A stretch of 35,126 nt of DNA from SAR324 cluster bacterium (lineage in GTDB: Bacteria > SAR324 > NAC60-12). Below the pieces are notes generated by a model that saw nothing but the letters and a program-made list of their open reading frames with translations, ran no database searches and was not told the DNA's origin. This document shows, piece after piece, positions 8,017 to 16,581 of the stretch. Made by a program: the position numbers and the translations under genes. How positions within the stretch are numbered: the stretch's first letter is position 1; every line of letters begins with the position of its first letter. The stretch is from contig JAKUUF010000001.1 in assembly GCA_022448705.1 (NCBI GenBank), positions 1 through 35,126 on the forward strand. The letters are read 5' to 3'.

Positions 8017-9843
8017 ATGAAAGTACTGAAGAAATTATTTGTTTCAGAAGAACCGGATAAGCAGATTTATGAAATCCTTGAACGCGGGAAAAGTCTGCTG
8101 GAAAAAAATTTCTTTGACTGGGCGGCTGTAGAATTTAACAAGGCAATGGAACTTAACCCTGAGCTTGCTACAGAAACTGTTACCAAACTGTTCCAGGAAA
8201 TTCAGGGCGGAGGTAATCCTGATGCAATTATCAGCCTGGGCATCAACATCCTTCAAGCGGACCCAGAGAACATTGAACTTGCTAATCTAATTGGGAACGC
8301 ATACCGAAAAAAACATGACTGGAAACGTGCAGAAAATATGTATAAGCACTGCCTGAAATATGATGCAGAAAATAATTTCGCTATCTATAACCTGGCGGCA
8401 GCTATGGCCAAGGTAGAAGTTCAGGACGGCATGGCTGTTTCTGCAATTAAAGATTTTGAAAAAATGTCTGACTTTGTCCTGCCCGACATAAAAGAAGGGA
8501 TAGAGAATTTAATTGACATGCAGCAGCATTTTGCTGAAGAAAAAGATGAAACAGATCATGAAAAAAAGTCTGAAGAAATACAAGAAAAAGAAGATACAAA
8601 ATTACCAGAAAATTTAGATGCAGCAGGAGAGACAAATCAATCAGAAGAAATAAAAGAAACAAAGGAAAAGTACGAAGAAAAAAGCAGTGTTAATGTTGAA
8701 ACAAAAGATCAGAAAGAAGAAAATCAACCAGAATCAAGCAGTATTGATCCTCTCAAAACATTCAATTACATAACTTCCAGTCTGGAAAAAGAAAGCACCG
8801 AGGAGGAAAATGCCTTGTTCACACTGGGTATATATTGCCTGCAGCATAATGAGGCAAATTTCGCCCAGCGTACGTTTAAACGGTTGCTGATGAGAGAAAA
8901 AGACAATGTTGATTTACGATGTTTCCTGTTGCTTGCAATTTCTCAGAATAATGAAATTGATAAAGCAATTAAAACATTCCAGGGGATTCTTGCTAATAAT
9001 CCAAATCATCGCTACAGCAATGTTAACATGGGAATACTGCTTAAGCGCAAAGGATTAATTCAGAAATCGCGTGTACGTTTTTTCACAACATTTAAGCTGC
9101 TTGAACGATCTCAGGGGGACTATGATGTAAATTCATGCCTTGAAGCGGCAGACAAATTTTTTCAGGAAAAGCGTGAGAAAAAAGCCCTTGAGATTTATGA
9201 GCCACTTATACCAGAAATTTCTTCTGAAGAATTGCTGAGCAGAATTGCCGGGCTATACCTTGCCAGCAAAAATTGGGATGGTGCTTTTGATATATTCAGA
9301 CGAGTTCTGCGTAAAAACCGCAAAAACAATGAGGCCCGTGAAGGTTTGAAATCAATATATACAGCATATTTGGCTGATACAGAAAATTACCTGAAAAAAA
9401 ATGACCCTGGTAACGCTGCAATAGCAATTGAAAAAGCTCTAAAGATTGTGCAAAGCAAAAAACTTATTCATAAAGCCGTCAGCATTCACAGGTTATTGGA
9501 AAATGAAAACAAAGTATTTGAGCTGGAGCAAATTCTTAAAAAAATGGAGAGAGATGAGATTCAAATAAAAATTTCTGAAAAGATCCGCCTGGCAGAGGAT
9601 GAAGAATCAAATGGGAAGTTTAAAGCAGCAATTAATCACTATCAAGAAGCGATAAAAATAGATCCGCAAAACAGTACCCTGAAAAAACTTGTCGATCTTT
9701 GCTCCCGAATAAAACGTCCGGACCTGGCTGAAAAATTTACAAACTGGTTCAATGAATATCAGCACTCTTTTCAGGAAAAACAAAAAGCACAGGCTCGTGA
9801 GGCATTCAAGAAAAGTGAACAAACTCAAAAAGAATCAAAGTAA
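8017..9843 (+). CDS. TPR-repeat protein with a central E/K-rich low-complexity linker
   Basis: 608 aa. TPR-like helices (e.g. AAVEFNKAMELNPE, GNAYRKKHDWKRAENMYKHCLKYDAEN, AINHYQEAIKIDPQN) flank an EEKDETDHEKKSEEIQEKED... segment. Confidence 0.7.
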   Translation: MKVLKKLFVSEEPDKQIYEILERGKSLLEKNFFDWAAVEFNKAMELNPELATETVTKLFQEIQGGGNPDAIISLGINILQADPENIELANLIGNAYRKKHDWKRAENMYKHCLKYDAENNFAIYNLAAAMAKVEVQDGMAVSAIKDFEKMSDFVLPDIKEGIENLIDMQQHFAEEKDETDHEKKSEEIQEKEDTKLPENLDAAGETNQSEEIKETKEKYEEKSSVNVETKDQKEENQPESSSIDPLKTFNYITSSLEKESTEEENALFTLGIYCLQHNEANFAQRTFKRLLMREKDNVDLRCFLLLAISQNNEIDKAIKTFQGILANNPNHRYSNVNMGILLKRKGLIQKSRVRFFTTFKLLERSQGDYDVNSCLEAADKFFQEKREKKALEIYEPLIPEISSEELLSRIAGLYLASKNWDGAFDIFRRVLRKNRKNNEAREGLKSIYTAYLADTENYLKKNDPGNAAIAIEKALKIVQSKKLIHKAVSIHRLLENENKVFELEQILKKMERDEIQIKISEKIRLAEDEESNGKFKAAINHYQEAIKIDPQNSTLKKLVDLCSRIKRPDLAEKFTNWFNEYQHSFQEKQKAQAREAFKKSEQTQKESK

Positions 9844-9854
9844 GATGTGAATTG

Positions 9855-10511
9855 ATGCGGAAAAAACGGGCATTTTCAGGTGACTTGCAAAGTTATTTAA
9901 ATCTGGATTCTTTAGTTGACATTGTTTCAAACAATGTGGGGATTCTTGTCATTTTGGCAGTATTTATGGCGGTATTTTCATTAATGGATAAAAGAGAACA
10001 GGTATCGTCTGAAGAGCAGCCTGATAAACAAATTGAAAAACTGAAAATTCCCTGGTCACATGCATCACAAAAAAACAGCCTTTTGGTTTTTCTGCATGAT
10101 GACCGGTTATTATACCTTGACCGCGCTTTAGTTTATCAGAGGCTTAAAAAATATCTTTCCGGCAAGGAACCATTGCCAACAGAATTAAGTCTTGATCAAT
10201 ACTCGATCAAACTCACTGTTGGAGGAAGACATACACATTGCATTGAATTTTTGCCTTCACCCGCAGCAGGAGAGTGGTGGCATAATTTTTCCCGTCACGG
10301 AGGCTTGATGCAGACATTGATGAAAAAATATCCTCCTGAACAAAACTACTTTTTTTTCTGGGTTGATCCTGACAGTTTTGATCTGTTCCGGGAAATAAGA
10401 AAAACTTTGTGGGAGCAGCGTTTTGAAGTCGGCTGGAAGCCTGTCCGAGAGGAATCAGCTTTGCGTTACTGCAGTGGTGATGCTCAAAGCGGAAGAATTA
10501 ATCCGCAATAA
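9855..10511 (+). CDS. membrane-anchored hypothetical protein with an ExbD/TolR-like N-terminal anchor
   Basis: Basic N-terminus, then LNLDSLVDIVSNNVGILVILAVFMAV, resembling the ExbD/TolR anchor (INxxPxxDVxLVLLxIFM). The rest has no motif I recognise. The ORF track starts it at TTG 9852; the ATG is at 9855. Confidence 0.45.
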   Translation: MRKKRAFSGDLQSYLNLDSLVDIVSNNVGILVILAVFMAVFSLMDKREQVSSEEQPDKQIEKLKIPWSHASQKNSLLVFLHDDRLLYLDRALVYQRLKKYLSGKEPLPTELSLDQYSIKLTVGGRHTHCIEFLPSPAAGEWWHNFSRHGGLMQTLMKKYPPEQNYFFFWVDPDSFDLFREIRKTLWEQRFEVGWKPVREESALRYCSGDAQSGRINPQ

Positions 10512-10533
10512 AATTATTTAACCAAAAGGGGAA

Positions 10534-12741
10534 ATGGCATCCGTCAGGAAAAAAGCAAAATCCAAAGACGACAAGAACCTGATTTCAGAATTGGACCAGC
10601 AGATTCGCAGTTATGTTCAGGAATACGGTACAAGCAGAGATTCAGAGCTGCTGGATCAGGCTATTGCTGACATCAACAAGCATCATCAAAATCAAACAAG
10701 AAAGTCAGGTCAACCTGTAATCATTCACCCTCTTAGAGTGGCAAATTACATTTGCCGGGCCGGATTGGATGCTCCTACCGTTGTTGCTGCCCTCCTTCAT
10801 GACATCATTGAAGACACCAAAATTACCCACAAGGATATCCAAAAGCGTTATGGAAACTGGTACGCGGATATTGTCAAGGGACTTACCAAAATCAAAAAAA
10901 CTGAAAGATCAAAAATTGAGGCAGGAGACAATATAGAGGCAACTTACCAGCGTATGCTGAAAACAATGGCTCAGGATGTTCGTGCTTTGATAATCAAGCT
11001 CTTTGACAGGCTTGACAATATGAGAGACATGGAATTCATGCCGCGTGATAAACAGAGGAGAATCAGTCTGGAAACGCTAAATGTTTATGTGCCTATAGCA
11101 GAGCGTTTAGGGCTTGCTCAGATCTGCCAGGAACATACTGAACTTTGCTTCAAGCTTCTATACCCAAAGAGATACCAAAAAATCCTTAAAGAGATTGATG
11201 AACTGAAACAAGCAAGAATTTCATCAATTCATGCAATGCAGAATTCTTTACATAAAACTCTTGAAAATCAGAATTTAGAATACAATCAGGTAGAACCGCT
11301 TTTTGTACATCCTTCTTCTCAAATTAAGGAACAAGATCCAATTGATCATGTATTGGAAGGATTCAGGGTTGTTGTCAAAAACAGCATGGCATGCTTTCAG
11401 GCACTGGGGATTATTCATACAAATTATAATGTTATACCGCTAAAAATCAGAGACTATATCAGCAACCCACTATGGAATGGCTACGAAGGACTGCAGACTG
11501 AGATAAGGATTGAAGGAGAGCAAACACGATTAGAAATTGTCTCAGACGAAATGTTGAAAAAAAATCAGTTCGGAATAATTGCCCACTGGCAGGGTAACCC
11601 TGCTGAAATTGCTGACTATTACCAGCTCTACCTTAGCCAGCTCGATCATATGGCAGGTGATAAAGATGTAAGAATGTCAGAAGTCTTGGGTTACGTTCAG
11701 TCTGACCAGGTTCAGATTTACTCACCAAAAGGTGATATGCTGGTGTTTCCTAAAGGTGCAACAGTTCTTGATTTTGCTTATGGAATCCACTCAGACCTCG
11801 GCAACCACTGTATAGGTGCTCTGGTAAACCCCACATCTTTTGGCGCAAGCAAAAAAAGGGTGCCGCGAGAAAGACAGTTGTTCACAGGAGAAGCCCTGCA
11901 AATTATCACTGATCCAGGAGTTCATCCAAAAGAATCATGGCTTGACCAGGTTAAAACCGCAAAAAGCCGCTCTCAAATCAAACGTGCTTTAGAACAGCAA
12001 AAAGTAGCAAGCGCAAGAAATTCAGGCAGGCTCCTGCTTGAGAAAAAATTACGAGAAAAAGGCGAAAAACAAGGTTTTGAAAAATGGCTTAACACCAAAC
12101 CGGTAAAGAAAGCATTGAAAGAAGAAAAATTGTCAGCAAACAAATTTCTACAGGAAATAGGTTTGCAAAAAAGGCCTCTGCAAAAATTTCTTCGTAAACA
12201 TAAACTGCTTGATTTTAAACAAAGCGGCCGCTTAAAGGGTATGATTAACCATGAATTATGGGAAAAATTGTTTGGCGGCGAGAAAAATATTTTCCTGATT
12301 GAAGATATCCAAAATCCGCTGATTAGGATTGCAAATTGTTGTTTCCCGATACCTGGAGACAAAATTAGAGGTTTTATTCATGAAGACAAGGAAATTGAAA
12401 TACACCATTCTAATTGCGTAAATTCTTCGAGCAAAAAAAATAAAGTTCCTGTAGGCAAAATTCCTGTTGAAGTAGCATGGAGCATTTCCGAAAAATTAAC
12501 TCAACAGCACATTCTTCACCTGCAGGTAATTGACGGAGCCGGAATTTTATTTCAAATAACAAAGATAATTAAAGATGCAGGTGTGACAATAATCAATTCT
12601 GAAACTGCATCCAGGCAGAATAATGATGCTGATATTCGGATTGAAACTGAATCAATTACATGGCCTGTCTTCCATAAAATAGTTGAGAAGCTCAGACCAC
12701 TAAAATTTGTAAAGAAAATTTGGGAAGAAGCACCTGTTTAA
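10534..12741 (+). CDS. spoT: long RelA/SpoT homolog (RSH): HD hydrolase, synthetase-like, TGS and ACT domains
   Basis: Hydrolase motifs: RKSGQPVIIHPLRVA, AALLHDIIEDT, KLFDRLDNMR. Synthetase-like region: ALGIIHTNY...RDYISNPLWNGYEGLQT...IIAHW. TGS domain: VQIYSPKGDMLVFPKGATVLDFAYGIHSDLG. C-terminal ACT-like domain. Confidence 0.9.
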   Translation: MASVRKKAKSKDDKNLISELDQQIRSYVQEYGTSRDSELLDQAIADINKHHQNQTRKSGQPVIIHPLRVANYICRAGLDAPTVVAALLHDIIEDTKITHKDIQKRYGNWYADIVKGLTKIKKTERSKIEAGDNIEATYQRMLKTMAQDVRALIIKLFDRLDNMRDMEFMPRDKQRRISLETLNVYVPIAERLGLAQICQEHTELCFKLLYPKRYQKILKEIDELKQARISSIHAMQNSLHKTLENQNLEYNQVEPLFVHPSSQIKEQDPIDHVLEGFRVVVKNSMACFQALGIIHTNYNVIPLKIRDYISNPLWNGYEGLQTEIRIEGEQTRLEIVSDEMLKKNQFGIIAHWQGNPAEIADYYQLYLSQLDHMAGDKDVRMSEVLGYVQSDQVQIYSPKGDMLVFPKGATVLDFAYGIHSDLGNHCIGALVNPTSFGASKKRVPRERQLFTGEALQIITDPGVHPKESWLDQVKTAKSRSQIKRALEQQKVASARNSGRLLLEKKLREKGEKQGFEKWLNTKPVKKALKEEKLSANKFLQEIGLQKRPLQKFLRKHKLLDFKQSGRLKGMINHELWEKLFGGEKNIFLIEDIQNPLIRIANCCFPIPGDKIRGFIHEDKEIEIHHSNCVNSSSKKNKVPVGKIPVEVAWSISEKLTQQHILHLQVIDGAGILFQITKIIKDAGVTIINSETASRQNNDADIRIETESITWPVFHKIVEKLRPLKFVKKIWEEAPV

Positions 12742-12743
12742 TT

Positions 12744-12780
12744 CCATGCAAGAAGAAATATATTGCATGGACAATCTTTT
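12744..12780 (+). terminator. possible intrinsic terminator after the RSH gene
   Basis: 8-bp stem CCATGCAA (12744-12751) / TTGCATGG (12763-12770), followed by ACAATCTTTT. The T-tract is short and offset, so this is weak. Confidence 0.35.
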
Positions 12781-12806
12781 GCTGATTCAACATTCCTTAC
12801 ACTTCT

Positions 12807-13619
12807 GTGAATATGCCTTTATGGCTGGAAACCACCTTAATAAAGATCTGTGACTTAATTTTTGAATTGGTCCCACGTCAAATTCCTCCATTTGAAATTT
12901 TGGAAAAGTGTAAAATTGTTTCTCACCGGGGACAGCACGACAACAAGATAGTTTTCGAAAACACTTTAGCTTCCTTTGATAAAATACTGGAAACAAATGA
13001 AATCTGGGGTATTGAATTTGATTTTCGATGGACAAAGGACTTATGTCCTGTCGTTATACATGATCCGGATTTAAAGAGACTGCACGGTATAAACAGGCTT
13101 GTTTCAGACACAGCTCTGAATGAGTTAAAACAACTTTGCCCTCTTGTCCCGACCTTAGAAGAGGTCCTGAACCGCTATGGAAAAATGCTGCATTTAATGG
13201 TGGAGGTTAAAGAAGAATTATATCCAGAGCCTGAAAAACAAGTCCTGATCCTTAAAAATCTGTTTTCAGATCTGGAACCTGCCAAGGATTTTCATTTGAT
13301 CTCTCTGAAACAGCAAATGCTTGAAAAAATTAACTTTTTGGATAATACAGCCAAAATATTGGTAGCTGAATTTAATGTCAATGAGCTAAGCAGAATTGCC
13401 CTTGAAAAAAATTATGCTGGCTTTGCCGGTCATTATATCCTTATTGGGAATAAAGTGGTCAGGAAGCATCTTAAATCCGGACAAAAAATAGGTGTAGGCT
13501 ATCCAAGGTCAAAAAACAGCCTTTTCAGAGAACTGAATAGAAGTGTAGAATGGATTTTCAGTAATGACGCAGTCGGCTTAAACAGCATTTTTCAAACTGA
13601 ATTAAAGAAGCTTCAGTAA
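12807..13619 (+). CDS. glycerophosphodiester phosphodiesterase (GDPD) family protein
   Basis: SHRG...FENT...IEFDFRWTKDLCPVVIHD matches GDPD catalytic motifs (HR, E, D, HD). GTG start at 12807 or ATG at 12813. Confidence 0.8.
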   Translation: MNMPLWLETTLIKICDLIFELVPRQIPPFEILEKCKIVSHRGQHDNKIVFENTLASFDKILETNEIWGIEFDFRWTKDLCPVVIHDPDLKRLHGINRLVSDTALNELKQLCPLVPTLEEVLNRYGKMLHLMVEVKEELYPEPEKQVLILKNLFSDLEPAKDFHLISLKQQMLEKINFLDNTAKILVAEFNVNELSRIALEKNYAGFAGHYILIGNKVVRKHLKSGQKIGVGYPRSKNSLFRELNRSVEWIFSNDAVGLNSIFQTELKKLQ

Positions 13620-14052
13620 TTTCATAATTCCGGAAGTATCAATACACCGTGCTTAATTCCCGTAAAGAAATTTTTAGAAAAAAAGGACATTAATTCTATG
13701 TGTACGGTTTTTTAAATAAACCTGCTTCACGGATTCGTGAGGAGTATGAGAATATCCAAACAATGGAAAGTTTTCTGTTTTTGTTAAATACAAAGAAGCT
13801 GACGTGCATCTGCTTCAGACATTAAATCTGATGTCAAAATCAAAGATCCCCAAGTCCAGTAAAACAAGTTTTATTAACACAATGAAAAATCCATCCGCCG
13901 TATGTTAAGTCAAACTCAAACTCACCCACCTGTTAATACCGTAACGCTTTGAATCTCTTGGTATCATGATCGACAAGCAGAATGCTGTTCATGGTGCACT
14001 GCAATAATATGGAGCAATGTTGCTTATTACATAAGGAATTCCAAAAGAGTCG

Positions 14053-15168
14053 ATGTTTATGAGTAAAAATCCTGTCAGAGTTCTGTTAACTGGAGGAGGT
14101 TCAGGTGGACCTACTTTGCCGCTGCTTGCTTTGGCAGAAGAAATCATCCAACAAAGAAAAGACTCAATATTTCTGTTTTTAGGCAGTAAAAGAGGTCCTG
14201 AAAGACAAATGGTGGAACAGGAGGGAATTGCGTTTGAATATATTCCTTCGGGTAAATTAAGGCGTTATTTGAGCTGGCGCAATTTTGTTGATCCAATTTT
14301 TATCATTGGAGGGGGCATAAAGGGATTTATAAAATTGTTGAGTTTTCGCCCCCATGTCATTGTTTCTGCAGGGAGTTTTGTCAGTGTCCCTGTAGCTTAT
14401 ATGTCATGGCTTTTGAGAATTCCACATGTAATATTGCAAATGGATGTCCGTCCGGGACTGGCCAATCGTTTAATGGGTCCTGTCAGCCATGCCCTCATTA
14501 CTTACTTTGAAAAAACAGCTAATCATTTCCCAAAAATTTTATTGAAAAGAAATATCGGGCCTGTAGTGCGTCAGGAAATCATCAAGGCCAATGCAGACCG
14601 CGCCAATGAGCGATTCGGGTTAGATTCGGAAATGCCACTGATCCTGATCACCGGCGGAGGACAGGGAGCCTCTGGTTTAAATAATGCTGTTATGCCGTTG
14701 CTCAAACATTGGCTAATTAATTTTCAAGTAGTGCATCTAACCGGTACTGAATGGGGAAAAAACCTGGAGCCTGAATATTCTGATTTTTCTCATCAGCACT
14801 ATCATAGGCTGGAGTCAGTACATCAAGGTATGGGAGACTTACTCGCAAAAAGCGAAATAGTGTTTACCAGAGCAGGAATGGGAATTATTGGAGAACTTGC
14901 TGTTCTTAAGAAAGATTCAGTGTTGATTCCGCTTCCGGGAACCCACCAGGAAGAAAATGCCATGCTGCTTCAGCAGAACAAGGCAGCAGTCTTTGTGTCT
15001 CAGGAACATCTGGAGGCTGAGGGCATAAACTGGTGGAAAAAATTTATGCAGGACCGAATTCCTGGTGAAATGGGAAGAAGGCTGCATCAAATGCTTCCTG
15101 ATGGAGGAACAAAGGATTTTGCAAAGCTGATATTAGAGATTGCTGAAAACAGTTCAAAATGGAATTAA
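14053..15168 (+). CDS. murG: MurG-like family-28 glycosyltransferase
   Basis: LLTGGGSGGPTLPLLALA is N-terminal G-loop-like. ITGGGQGASGLN and TRAGMGIIGELAVL...LIPLPGTHQEENA resemble the MurG C-terminal UDP-GlcNAc-binding motifs. No dcw-cluster genes lie nearby. Confidence 0.6.
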   Translation: MFMSKNPVRVLLTGGGSGGPTLPLLALAEEIIQQRKDSIFLFLGSKRGPERQMVEQEGIAFEYIPSGKLRRYLSWRNFVDPIFIIGGGIKGFIKLLSFRPHVIVSAGSFVSVPVAYMSWLLRIPHVILQMDVRPGLANRLMGPVSHALITYFEKTANHFPKILLKRNIGPVVRQEIIKANADRANERFGLDSEMPLILITGGGQGASGLNNAVMPLLKHWLINFQVVHLTGTEWGKNLEPEYSDFSHQHYHRLESVHQGMGDLLAKSEIVFTRAGMGIIGELAVLKKDSVLIPLPGTHQEENAMLLQQNKAAVFVSQEHLEAEGINWWKKFMQDRIPGEMGRRLHQMLPDGGTKDFAKLILEIAENSSKWN

Positions 15169-15227
15169 AATCAAAGCCTGGAAAAAGGTTGCATGCTCTT
15201 TCATTAATTTACCTGAATAACCGGGTT

Positions 15228-15350
15228 ATGTGGACCGCATTGTTTATTCTGCTTTTTTTCTCCATGTCATGTGCCTCAGGAAGCGGGAAGTTTTACGATT
15301 GGTGTGAAAAACGGGAATTTCCTGCAATTTGTAAAAAGTATTTTTACTAA
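15228..15350 (+). CDS. possible small (40-aa) lipoprotein or secreted peptide
   Basis: MWTALFILLFFSMSCASGSGKFYDWCEKREFPAICKKYFY has a hydrophobic leader followed by Cys. The lipobox is non-canonical. The track ORF starts earlier (15159) and overlaps the murG-like end. Confidence 0.3.
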   Translation: MWTALFILLFFSMSCASGSGKFYDWCEKREFPAICKKYFY

Positions 15351-15359
15351 TTGTGTTTT

Positions 15360-16055
15360 ATGCGTATCGGAATTATTTGTGCCATTCCAAACGAGCTGCG
15401 GTATTTTAACCTTACTGAAAATCCAATTCAGAAGATTGGCGAGCGAACGTTTTACAAAGGCACACACGACAAACATGAATTGATTTTGGTACAAAGTGGA
15501 TTAGGTAAAGTTAACGCGGCAGTTGTATCAACTTTGCTGATTGAAAAATTTGACTGCGAGTTTTTATTATTTTCCGGAGTTGCAGGAGGAATTGATCCAG
15601 GAATCGAAATTGGAGAAGTAATCATAGGTGACTCCTTGATTCAATATGATTATGGTACGCTCAAAAACAGGGAAATGCTGCCATTTCGTCCCGGAAGCAT
15701 CCCGACTGGTGAGTCAAAAAATGAGATTGAATACAGACTTGCCCCGAAAATAAAACGTAAAATCAAGGCCTCACTCCCGAATGTCCGGATGGGAAAAATT
15801 CTTACCGGAGATGTGTATCTTCAATGTGAGGAAACTCAAAAGGAATTGTTTGAAAAATATGGGGCACAGGCAATTGACATGGAAGGAGCAGCTGTAGCCC
15901 AGGTTGCAGAACAATTTGGAATTCCTTCAGTTGTGGTACGCTGCCTGAGTGATCTGGCAGGTGCAGACAGCCAAAAACTTTCTTCAAAATTTCTGAACAA
16001 GGCCGCAAAACGATCGTTTAATACTGCTCAAAAAATTTTGAATATCTTGTTATGA
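15360..16055 (+). CDS. mtnN: 5'-methylthioadenosine/S-adenosylhomocysteine nucleosidase (PNP_UDP_1 family)
   Basis: MRIGIICAIPNEL..., GLGKVNAA, FSGVAGG and AIDMEGAAVAQVA are typical Pfs/MtnN motifs. The ATG at 15360 is preferred over the track's TTG at 15351. Confidence 0.8.
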   Translation: MRIGIICAIPNELRYFNLTENPIQKIGERTFYKGTHDKHELILVQSGLGKVNAAVVSTLLIEKFDCEFLLFSGVAGGIDPGIEIGEVIIGDSLIQYDYGTLKNREMLPFRPGSIPTGESKNEIEYRLAPKIKRKIKASLPNVRMGKILTGDVYLQCEETQKELFEKYGAQAIDMEGAAVAQVAEQFGIPSVVVRCLSDLAGADSQKLSSKFLNKAAKRSFNTAQKILNILL

Positions 16056-16065
16056 AGGCAGTTTA

Positions 16066-16488
16066 TTAAAAATAACAGCGCAACTCAAGGTATGGGGAAT
16101 CGGCCCCCAATTCCGGTTTAAGACGTAATCCATCTTTTGCGAATGGATATAATTCTTTGTTCTTGTTGTATTTTCGGTTTTTGTTATTATCCCTGCAAAT
16201 CAAACTGACAACTCTCTTTTTGTTGTCATGTAAGCATTCAAGTGTTTTTCCTTCAAGCAGCAATTCTGATTCAATTTTAGTCCAGAAGTTTCTCATGCTG
16301 CACATGAATGTCTCATCTAAAAAATCAATTTTTCCTTCAGCTACAATCGGAATATTGAGACTCTCAGTTCCATAACCTTTTTCAGAAACCAGAAGCTCCC
16401 ATTTAAAAAAATCAGCATACAATAAAGGGGGTAAAATATACGAGAGTGACAGCAACAAAACAGAATTTCGTAAAAAAGAAAAACTCAT
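16066..16488 (-). CDS. secreted hypothetical protein (4 Cys)
   Basis: Signal-peptide-like N-terminus MSFSFLRNSVLLLSLSYILPPLLYA. No recognisable motif. Lies downstream of argS on the same strand. Confidence 0.45.
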   Translation of the reverse strand: MSFSFLRNSVLLLSLSYILPPLLYADFFKWELLVSEKGYGTESLNIPIVAEGKIDFLDETFMCSMRNFWTKIESELLLEGKTLECLHDNKKRVVSLICRDNNKNRKYNKNKELYPFAKDGLRLKPELGADSPYLELRCYF

Positions 16489-16581
16489 GTCCTCTTTGTA
16501 AGTAATCGGCAGTGAATGAATTTTGTTTTCGAATTAAATTTATTGTCCTGAAATTCAAAAATCTGGCCTGAAACACTTTTT

